Shown here: positions 26,171 through 32,848 of the stretch, piece by piece
Layout: the number at the start of each line of letters is the position of its first letter
Numbering within the stretch: position 1 is the first letter of the stretch
From: a virus
Taxonomy: Duplodnaviria; Caudoviricetes
Direction: 5' to 3' (one strand)
Length of the DNA: 33,445 bases
IMG/VR virus record: IMGVR_UViG_3300037751_000502
Span: 1 to 33,445 of that record
Program-made: the position numbers and the translations under genes
The notes under the pieces: generated by a model
What the model saw: the letters and a program-made list of their open reading frames with translations, nothing else
The model's database searches: none
Told to the model about the DNA's origin: nothing

Positions 26171-27162
26171 TTCAACCACCCCAGAAGCGTTTCGATATCG
26201 ACTTCGAAGCCTGCTGCGTTCCTGTGCCCGCCCCCGCCGAAAGCCTTGGCGATCGCGCTCACGTCATAGTCGTCGTTCGAACGGAGTGAGCACTTGACCT
26301 TGCCATCCTTGTCCATGCTCCAACAAAGGCCGAAGGTTCTGGACTGGCCGGCGAGTTCGTGCCCAACGTCGCTGGACAGGTGCGGCGGGCAGTTGGCAGC
26401 GAGTCCAGCCGCTTCGGCTACATGTGCCACACCGGGCCTTTGTTTCCACGGATGGCCGGGTGCTCCTAATGTAGTAGGGTTACGCAAAGCGGCAATCACG
26501 CACTCCCGCGCTGCACCCTTCACCACCGAAGCGACGTTCTGCTCGTGGGCGCGAAGGATCGCTTCGCCCTCGTTGATGAACGCTCTGTACCCGGAGTGGT
26601 ACTCCACGCTGTCGTCAAATGGCAAAAAGCAGGTCTGCCACTGATAAAAACTCCAAGGGGCCAAGCTCCAAAGCGCCTTGTTGAATGCCTTGGTTCCTTC
26701 GAGCTTGAACTGCCACAAATCGTAATCCGAAATGTGCTGGATCAGCATCGGGATCTCAGTGCCGGGATGGAAATACTCCCAGCTTAGATAGGCACCGCTC
26801 TTGTTGTTGTCGTGGATGACAAGGCTCCCCGCTTCATTGCCACCTTGCAGTCGACCGTGTGCATGCACATAGCTGATCGGTAGTTCTTCCGCAGTGCCTA
26901 GGCTGGACGCGTGGTGGTCGAGCCACACGACGCGCTTGGCCTCGCGGAACAGGAAATCCATCCTATCTTGCTTAAACGAGAAGTCAAGGATGTAAATCTC
27001 TCGCCCGGTGATGTCCTCGCACTGTGTCGAGTGGAACCAGTCTTCGGTCTTGTCGTGCTGCATCGGCAGATACTCGGCTTCGTCTCTGAGCACAGTCCAA
27101 GCGGCGAAGGCTGCGCCGAACCCGTCAAGGCAGTTGTCGTGGTAAATCACAAGCGACTTCAT
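26167..27162 (-). CDS. DHH/DHHA1 phosphoesterase (nanoRNase-like)
   Basis: YHDNCLDG, ILDFS, LDHH, DYDLW, SLRS and FGGGGHRNAAGF motifs; ATG 27162 with GGAG RBS. Confidence 0.92.
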   Translation of the reverse strand: MKSLVIYHDNCLDGFGAAFAAWTVLRDEAEYLPMQHDKTEDWFHSTQCEDITGREIYILDFSFKQDRMDFLFREAKRVVWLDHHASSLGTAEELPISYVHAHGRLQGGNEAGSLVIHDNNKSGAYLSWEYFHPGTEIPMLIQHISDYDLWQFKLEGTKAFNKALWSLAPWSFYQWQTCFLPFDDSVEYHSGYRAFINEGEAILRAHEQNVASVVKGAARECVIAALRNPTTLGAPGHPWKQRPGVAHVAEAAGLAANCPPHLSSDVGHELAGQSRTFGLCWSMDKDGKVKCSLRSNDDYDVSAIAKAFGGGGHRNAAGFEVDIETLLGWLK

Positions 27163-27163
27163 C

Positions 27164-27430
27164 TCACTTCTCCAATGCAGTGTGTATTCTGGTATGGCTA
27201 CGATTATGGGCGTGCCTAGGGGTTTTTCTACGGGGTACGTAGGGAATCTTCCGCCGCTCCACGAAAACCCCCTCACTGGTCATGTGGAGGGTAGGGGCGG
27301 TGTGGTCGAACAGTGCTTCATACATCCCCGATGACAGATCATCTGTAACCCTCTCCCGGGCCGCCGACTCGTTGTCCGCCTCTACCGTTACAGATACGCG
27401 CTTAACTACGTCAAAGGTATAGCGAGGCAT
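27164..27430 (-). CDS. Hypothetical protein
   Basis: MPRYTFDVVKRVSVTVEADNESAARE; GGAG RBS. Confidence 0.6.
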   Translation of the reverse strand: MPRYTFDVVKRVSVTVEADNESAARERVTDDLSSGMYEALFDHTAPTLHMTSEGVFVERRKIPYVPRRKTPRHAHNRSHTRIHTALEK

Positions 27431-27442
27431 CTTCGCTCCCCA

Positions 27443-27955
27443 TCAACGTGCCGGGCAATGTTCCAGTTCATCAGCGGGGAATGTATGCACTGCCCCCCGC
27501 GCGGTGCTGGACTCGACGACGTACCCTTCCGGCGTGAATTCCGTAGAGTAGGTGCCGACGATTTTACCGCTCCATTGTGAGCCTTTGATTTTGCGCACGG
27601 TATCCCCCATCTTGAACTTCCCGGGAATGGCGGGGCGCCTATTAAGAACAAGGTTGTAGGTGCGGAGACTTTCGATCTCGGCTACCATTCCGTTACATTG
27701 CTCTGCCGTGGTCAGGTCCTCCAGCTCATGTACCGGGTAGCCCTGCCGAAAATACGGCGGATAGTCATGGTCGAATACGGATACTACCGCCGCACGAAGA
27801 TGAAGGATCTCATCAGCCATCGCGCCGATGAACTTGTCCCCCGTAACGTCCCTCCACGTCTCCCCATACCGAAACACTTCCTGACGGCCACCCACCTGCC
27901 GATAGGTGTATTTACCACCTTCTACCATAAGTTCTACCGCTTCACCGTTATCCAT
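27443..27955 (-). CDS. Fusion protein with a C-terminal DfrB / R67 type II DHFR-like SH3 domain
   Basis: FKMGDTVRKIKGSQWSGKIVGTYSTEFTPEGYVVES...GAVHTFP aligns to R67 [36 protein letters not shown]...GSVQIYP (recalled sequence); AAGGAGG RBS. Confidence 0.82.
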   Translation of the reverse strand: MDNGEAVELMVEGGKYTYRQVGGRQEVFRYGETWRDVTGDKFIGAMADEILHLRAAVVSVFDHDYPPYFRQGYPVHELEDLTTAEQCNGMVAEIESLRTYNLVLNRRPAIPGKFKMGDTVRKIKGSQWSGKIVGTYSTEFTPEGYVVESSTARGAVHTFPADELEHCPAR

Positions 27956-27968
27956 CGTCGTCCCCTCC

Positions 27969-28157
27969 TTACGCGAAGTGCTTCTGCTAGATACCCTCTA
28001 CCGCCTCGATCTGCCTTTCACTCAAGCCCGACACATCCCTGCCGTCACTGGTTTTCTCCGAAAGCGTAGCGACAAACCCCGCCTCCCAGTCCGTAAGGTC
28101 CGAATCGGCCAGCCCGCAAACCTACTTAACCTGTGTGTTGAGCGACACAATTCTCAT
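27969..28157 (-). pseudogene. 62-codon gene with two in-frame TAG codons (pseudogene or readthrough)
   Basis: AAGGAG RBS; MRIVSLNTQVK*VCGLADSDLTDWEAGFVATLSEKTSDGRDVSGLSERQIEAVEGI*QKHFA ending in a TAA that overlaps the next RBS. Confidence 0.75.
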
Positions 28158-28167
28158 GATGCTCCTT

Positions 28168-28181
28168 TGAAATCGATTTCA
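28168..28181. promoter_or_regulatory. Perfect palindrome TGAAATCGATTTCA (copy 7)
   Basis: Directly abuts the AAGGAG RBS, 10 nt from ATG 28157. Confidence 0.85.
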
Positions 28182-28198
28182 TTCTTACCACTGAACGC

Positions 28199-28531
28199 CT
28201 ACTTCTTGCCCTTGGTACCCATGCGCATCGGGTACATTACGCATGTTTTCTCGGAAGTACATCGCGCGACTTCCCTGACATAGCCACCCATACAACTCAC
28301 ACAGAAGGCCCGAATGACGCGTAGCGGGGTGTTCGCTTTTGCGTTGTATTTGGCAATGATACGGGCGCACTGATCAACTTCACTCTCACCTTCCTGTGGC
28401 TCGTCCGCCGACTCGTCCTCCTCGGGTAGATCGCAGTCCGACAAGCTCTCCTCTAAGGGAATCGCGGCCCGCCGCTGACGCGGGGCGGGGGGCTCTACCG
28501 TTGCCAGCCTTGTCCTTCTTACTCTTTCCAT
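28199..28531 (-). CDS. Zinc-binding hypothetical protein
   Basis: VIRAFCVSCMGG...EVARC...CVMYPMRMG pattern; AAGGA RBS; N-terminal MERVRRTR. Confidence 0.75.
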   Translation of the reverse strand: MERVRRTRLATVEPPAPRQRRAAIPLEESLSDCDLPEEDESADEPQEGESEVDQCARIIAKYNAKANTPLRVIRAFCVSCMGGYVREVARCTSEKTCVMYPMRMGTKGKK

Positions 28532-28880
28532 GATCTGTCCTTTTTATCTGCTTCAGCCAAGCCGGCTTAGTCTCTGTTTCCCATAGCAACACACCCTTCT
28601 CTTCCCGGATGTAGAAAGCAAAAACTCTCCACAGCGCGTCGCCGGCCTGCATCACCTTCAGGTGTGCTGGGTGTATCGGGCTGATTCCTTGGGGGAGGGC
28701 AACCCCGACCGCGTCCGCGAACGCTTCAGTGAATCGAATCTTGCATGCGCCCTTGCCCTCCCCGTCGACGACATACACAACACTGCTGAGCGACGAGTGT
28801 CCTTGTGGTTTTCGGGCCGCGCATATCCCCCACTTAGCCATCTCGCGCGTGTATCTGCAGTTATCCAATGGAATCACCAC
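28386..28880 (-). CDS. Hypothetical protein
   Basis: 164 aa; the C-terminal ~145 nt overlap the next gene. Confidence 0.55.
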   Translation of the reverse strand: MVIPLDNCRYTREMAKWGICAARKPQGHSSLSSVVYVVDGEGKGACKIRFTEAFADAVGVALPQGISPIHPAHLKVMQAGDALWRVFAFYIREEKGVLLWETETKPAWLKQIKRTDHGKSKKDKAGNGRAPRPASAAGRDSLRGELVGLRSTRGGRVGGRATGR

Positions 28881-29652
28881 CCAGTACGTGTACGGGTATG
28901 TGGATATGCCCTATTCTCTGCCTGTGCAGAGTTTCCACTACCGTCTGCCGGATACGCCCCGCTGGAATACGCTGCTCCTCCAGCACATCAATCGGTATCT
29001 CCACCGAGGCGCTGCGCGTGGCATGGTCCCCGGTATCCGTGTCATACCGTAGATAGGTAATGATCACCCCGATTTGTCTAGGGTTGTGCCTTATCTCCAC
29101 ACGCAGTACCGTGGCGTGGATGTTCCGATCCGACCAACTATTTAGCTGCCGGGTAAACTGCTCCTCACGCAGCATGTCCATAGCGGTGTTTTGCGCCCCC
29201 GATGCTGAGACTGGCCCGTCAGGCCGAGGCATAAAAGGAAAAAAGCTGCTGTTGTGATCCGTGTCTATTTGCAGTCGTTGGAATGCCTCTACCGTCGCCC
29301 TTTCCGCCTCCGTAGATGCTGGCCTAGGCTCCTCCCCTAGGGGGCGCGGGGTAGCGCGAAAAGGCGTATCACCATTCAGGCGCCTAACGGGGGGGAGGGC
29401 ACGCAAGTGGTCAACTATCGTTTGGGCGCCCCGGCCGCCATCGGCGCGGATTGCCTCCCCAAAGTTAATAGCACTCCTTGAGGTGACGTTCACCCACCCC
29501 GTCCTGTCGGGCCCTGCCGCTAAGTCCACGGCTATCGTCGTGGGCCACTGGCCCCTGCTCAGGTCTAGGGTACCCACTTCCTCGGAAGGTGTCTTTTGCA
29601 CCTCAGCGGGAGCCACCTTGGGGCGCCCTCTAACGAATATCTGCCGTTTCAT
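28861..29652 (-). CDS. Hypothetical protein
   Basis: MKRQIFVRGRPK..., 263 aa; AGGTGG RBS. Confidence 0.65.
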   Translation of the reverse strand: MKRQIFVRGRPKVAPAEVQKTPSEEVGTLDLSRGQWPTTIAVDLAAGPDRTGWVNVTSRSAINFGEAIRADGGRGAQTIVDHLRALPPVRRLNGDTPFRATPRPLGEEPRPASTEAERATVEAFQRLQIDTDHNSSFFPFMPRPDGPVSASGAQNTAMDMLREEQFTRQLNSWSDRNIHATVLRVEIRHNPRQIGVIITYLRYDTDTGDHATRSASVEIPIDVLEEQRIPAGRIRQTVVETLHRQRIGHIHIPVHVLGGDSIG

Positions 29653-29659
29653 CCCCACC

Positions 29660-30652
29660 TTACCTCCCGGCAATCGTGATGGTCCTCGTGCGGTTATCTA
29701 CGCCGACCGAATGTTTGCAATCGATTTCAATAATCTGCTCCGCAACCTCATTGTGGTCCGCACTCTCGGGCGGGACGCACTGGAAGATGAACCCATCTTC
29801 CCAGTTGTACGGACTTTTCTCGAAAGACAGCGGAGACTCGTAAGCGCGGACGATGGACATCCGCTTGAGTCCGGTCACTTCGAGAATCTTGCTGTACGCC
29901 TTGCCCGCCCGGTAGAACGACCGCCTCGTTTCCACGTCCGGGGACGGGATGTTCCTCCTCCCCTCATTCACACATGCGGTGCTGTATAGAAAATCCAGCA
30001 ACATCGCGTAGCGCCCCAGCCTGACGTGCTGTGCCTGCCGCAAACCCCCTCCGTGGTAGGTAGGGTAGCCCGCGCCGTGCCAGTCATGCAGCAACCCGTG
30101 CGTAGCCTTCTGCATCGCCCGGTTCGGCCCATAGGTTACGTACTTGGGTTTGGCCTTGGCCTTGCCTTCGTACCGGTTTTCGTAAAAAGCGGCCCGGCAG
30201 ACGCCATCTTCCTCGGAAAGTCGGGTCGCAATACAGATAAAAGGGCTTTCAGAGTACGTAATCATGCGGCTGTACACGTAATTTGAGTCGATTTCGTGGG
30301 CCAAATAGATCGGCGCACCGTCCTTTTCCCGCAAAACATGGTCGTGAACGCAGATATCTACCGCCGCACCGGCGTTCCACAGGTGGTACGAGGGCTTGTT
30401 TGGGTCCTGATATTTGACGATTTTGGTGCTCAGCTCGGGTGAAATGTACCCGTAACTGATCGAAAATGGCCCTTTTTCGACCAAAAGTGGCTCCAAAATG
30501 GTGTCGCAGAGGTACATAATCTCTGCAATTTTGGTACTTTTGGGGTCCAAAAAGGGGTTTTTGTACCCATTTACCATCATCGAGTGGCAGATCATGAAGT
30601 CAGAGAGCAAAAAGTGCTCTGAAATACGTACAGTGGTAGGGTCAATCGCCAT
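29660..30652 (-). CDS. Peptidase M15-like protein with a duplicated, degenerate second domain
   Basis: RISEHFLLSDF...LCDTILEPL...ISYGYISPEL...SYHLWNAGAAVDI; second repeat RLGRYAMLLDF...SIVRAYESP; ATG 30652 with GGAGG RBS. Confidence 0.65.
   Translation of the reverse strand: MAIDPTTVRISEHFLLSDFMICHSMMVNGYKNPFLDPKSTKIAEIMYLCDTILEPLLVEKGPFSISYGYISPELSTKIVKYQDPNKPSYHLWNAGAAVDICVHDHVLREKDGAPIYLAHEIDSNYVYSRMITYSESPFICIATRLSEEDGVCRAAFYENRYEGKAKAKPKYVTYGPNRAMQKATHGLLHDWHGAGYPTYHGGGLRQAQHVRLGRYAMLLDFLYSTACVNEGRRNIPSPDVETRRSFYRAGKAYSKILEVTGLKRMSIVRAYESPLSFEKSPYNWEDGFIFQCVPPESADHNEVAEQIIEIDCKHSVGVDNRTRTITIAGR
29716..29729. promoter_or_regulatory. One-mismatch palindrome (TGCAATCGATTTCA) inside a CDS
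   Basis: TTGCAATCGATTTCAA, 15 of 16 matching the extended motif. Confidence 0.5.
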
Positions 30653-30890
30653 GGATATGCCCCTCCCGGATGACTGGGTAAAGCGCCAGAAACTTCTCTT
30701 CTGCCTGCTGTGTATCCGTCTCGCGCGCATGCTCCATCATTCCTAGTCCCGGCGTTAGGAATTCTGCGGGCATATCGATCATTGTCTCGTCAAACAGATG
30801 GATCACATACATCATGTCCGCATACCGATAGAAGATAGCCTGCACGATCTTCGGGACACTCTCCTCATCGCAACGTGTGAGTATCTTCAC
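30642..30890 (-). CDS. Hypothetical protein
   Basis: 82 aa; GTGA coupling to the upstream stop. Confidence 0.65.
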   Translation of the reverse strand: MKILTRCDEESVPKIVQAIFYRYADMMYVIHLFDETMIDMPAEFLTPGLGMMEHARETDTQQAEEKFLALYPVIREGHIHGD

Positions 30891-31183
30891 AGCATCCCCT
30901 CCTTGCGCAGGCGCTCAACGATCTGGTCCGCCACGGCGCGAGCAAGGTCCTCGTGGTACCGGTCTTTCTGCTCTCTCGGGGACAAGGTATCGGCCGGCCG
31001 CCTCTCAGGGGCCTGCTGCCGCCTGCGGATGCTGGCACATAGAGGGCAGGGCCACCCGTCTTGAAGCCAAAAGCCATGTTCGGCTACCTCGCCACAGATC
31101 GGCACGATACCCCCGGCTCGATGACGCGGCTCCGCCACTTCTGTGGTCTTGCTCCCACGCCGAAACCTGTCGATGAACCACAT
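30887..31183 (-). CDS. Hypothetical protein with a C/H/CxxC motif
   Basis: PICGEVAEHG...CPLCA; TAATG coupling. Confidence 0.65.
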   Translation of the reverse strand: MWFIDRFRRGSKTTEVAEPRHRAGGIVPICGEVAEHGFWLQDGWPCPLCASIRRRQQAPERRPADTLSPREQKDRYHEDLARAVADQIVERLRKEGML

Positions 31184-31557
31184 TACTTCTTCCTCCGTAC
31201 CTTTGTTATTGTGGGTATACCTTCAGGGGGTGGCGCCTCCCCATGCAACTTCTGTAGCCACTCCAGCGCCTTGGCTTTGGTGTCTCGCATTACTACAGCC
31301 GGGTTGTCCCCAAAAGCAACCGGCCCGCAGACTCCGGGTAGGTGGGTCTGCCCTGACCATTTCTTGCCAATGTGTGGCTGTGTCGACAACCCCACGATCC
31401 CGAACAATACGCTACCGATGTACAGGCAATGGGATGTCTTGTACTTCACCCATTTGATCGGGTAGGGCTCGTTCGCTTGCGGTATGCGGGTGCGCGTGAC
31501 TCGTCGTTCAGACGACGGCTCGGGCGCTGGCGAGCGCGTGCGGCGTATCCTGTCCAT
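31183..31557 (-). CDS. Hypothetical protein with basic tags at both termini
   Basis: MDRIRRTRS...TKVRRKK; G-rich RBS. Confidence 0.7.
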   Translation of the reverse strand: MDRIRRTRSPAPEPSSERRVTRTRIPQANEPYPIKWVKYKTSHCLYIGSVLFGIVGLSTQPHIGKKWSGQTHLPGVCGPVAFGDNPAVVMRDTKAKALEWLQKLHGEAPPPEGIPTITKVRRKK

Positions 31558-31723
31558 CTTCCCCCCCTTTTTCTGGACCTGCGGTAATACGTAATGTACG
31601 CTCCCGGGTGACGAACTTCGTACCGCACTTGACGCAACGCCGCCGTCGAATAACGATCCTGTACTCGGTCACCGTAGTCACCACGCGGGTGTCGCCGCCA
31701 CATTGGGGTACAGGGCAATCCAT
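31508..31723 (-). CDS. Stand-alone NrdR-type zinc-ribbon protein (no ATP cone)
   Basis: MDCPVPQCGGDTRVV...IRRRRCVKCGTKFVTRE matches the NrdR N-terminus (CP.C...TRV...IRRRR.C..C..RFTT.E). Confidence 0.75.
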   Translation of the reverse strand: MDCPVPQCGGDTRVVTTVTEYRIVIRRRRCVKCGTKFVTRERTLRITAGPEKGGEDGQDTPHALASARAVV

Positions 31724-31754
31724 GGCTTCCTCTTTTTGAAATCGATTTCAGTAC
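31721..31754. repeat. 34-bp direct repeat copy B (palindrome copy 8 at 31737-31750, RBS and ATG)
   Basis: Identical to 22561-22594; the palindrome TGA is the stop of the upstream gene. Confidence 0.92.
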
Positions 31755-32008
31755 TTGTTGCGGTCGTCTACCACAAGGCCGTCGGCGATCGCCGTCGCTA
31801 TTGCGACCTCTATGCCTCGGTCAAAGTTTGAGTAGTCGTGGAACATCTTCGACATATCCACGAAGCACTGCAGGCACAAAGGGCTCTCTGATCCCTCCTC
31901 CAGCGATTTCTTTGCGTAGTCGTACCCGCGCTGGAACTCTCTCCGCGCCGCCTTCTCTGCGCGCCGCTCCCGCCAAGCTCTCCATTTCCCTACGAGCATG
32001 TCTACCAC
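31748..32008 (-). CDS. Hypothetical protein
   Basis: Start GTG 32008 or ATG 31999 after GAGG; RREFQRGYDYA...NFDRGI. Confidence 0.65.
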   Translation of the reverse strand: MVDMLVGKWRAWRERRAEKAARREFQRGYDYAKKSLEEGSESPLCLQCFVDMSKMFHDYSNFDRGIEVAIATAIADGLVVDDRNKY

Positions 32009-32021
32009 GATTCCGCCTCGC

Positions 32022-32462
32022 CTAGTGCAGCATCTTCTTTGGGGCTTCGGCGGGCTTGTCCCCGGCCGCCGGCTCTTCCGTCTGAGCCGCCACCGTCTCG
32101 CCATGGGTCGACATCATCCTGCCGAGCGCGGACAGTACCTTGGCCGTGCGTTCGATATCCTCCTGATCGACGACAGTGAGTATCGCCCCCATCCGCTCCG
32201 GCTCCATGAACAGGATATGGTTCATCTTCTTGGCGATGACCAAGGCGTTACCCTCATCCGGCAATGCCTCCAGCGCGAGCACGAACGCGTACATCGTGAA
32301 TATCGCCATCTCCGACGAAGCACGATCCGGGGATTTGTGAAACGCATTCATGCGCCCATGAATCATCCCGTAGAGATCCGCCCACGTGGTGATGGACTTC
32401 GTCGCCCATTCATCCGCCTCGTCCAACGCCGCCTGCTGCAGTTCAAGCTGTGTTTTACCCAT
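32022..32462 (-). CDS. Hypothetical helical protein
   Basis: MGKTQLELQQ... with GGAGG RBS; 146 aa. Confidence 0.7.
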   Translation of the reverse strand: MGKTQLELQQAALDEADEWATKSITTWADLYGMIHGRMNAFHKSPDRASSEMAIFTMYAFVLALEALPDEGNALVIAKKMNHILFMEPERMGAILTVVDQEDIERTAKVLSALGRMMSTHGETVAAQTEEPAAGDKPAEAPKKMLH

Positions 32463-32485
32463 ACCATCCTCCGTTCGTACCACAC

Positions 32486-32521
32486 AAAAAGGGGGGCAAA
32501 CCGGTCTCCCCATTTGCCCCC
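32486..32521 (-). terminator. Intrinsic terminator-like hairpin
   Basis: GGGGGCAAA-N12-TTTGCCCCC followed by CTTTTT. Confidence 0.6.
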
Positions 32522-32522
32522 A

Positions 32523-32551
32523 ATTATACGCCTTTTACAGCCTTTTGACCA
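32523..32551 (-). promoter_or_regulatory. Candidate sigma70 promoter
   Basis: TGGTCA-N17-TATAAT (perfect -10), intergenic; AAAAGGC repeated in the spacer. Confidence 0.6.
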
Positions 32552-32584
32552 TGACCACCTTACCGCCCCTGCCTACCCTAACCC

Positions 32585-32848
32585 CTAGACGGACGAAGGA
32601 TTGTGCGCCCGGGAACCCTCGATTTCCGAGCGCCTATCAACAACTGTAGCCGGTGTGGAATGACTGTAGTTGAATGCCTTGATGAAGAACCAGACCTCAT
32701 AGCTGACCCGCAGAACGATCTCCCCTTCCCGGACGACCACCCCACATACGTCCCCGACCCGGTACCCATCCTCATGCAGCGCCTTGGCTCTCGCCAACGA
32801 CCGCTCCAACAATTCTGCCACTTCACGTCTGCTGTTGTTCTGCGCCAT
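32585..32848 (-). CDS. Hypothetical protein
   Basis: MAQNNSRREVAELLE..., 87 aa. Confidence 0.55.
   Translation of the reverse strand: MAQNNSRREVAELLERSLARAKALHEDGYRVGDVCGVVVREGEIVLRVSYEVWFFIKAFNYSHSTPATVVDRRSEIEGSRAHNPSSV

Noticed and set aside
26192-26206. CGATATCGACTTCG as another palindrome copy
   Set aside because: Four mismatches; explained by the FEVDIE codons of the DHH gene.
12295-31750. Palindrome copies as a CRISPR array or integron attC sites
   Set aside because: They are kilobases apart and only 14-16 bp long, with no spacer structure, no attC R/L boxes, and no cas or integrase gene in the window.
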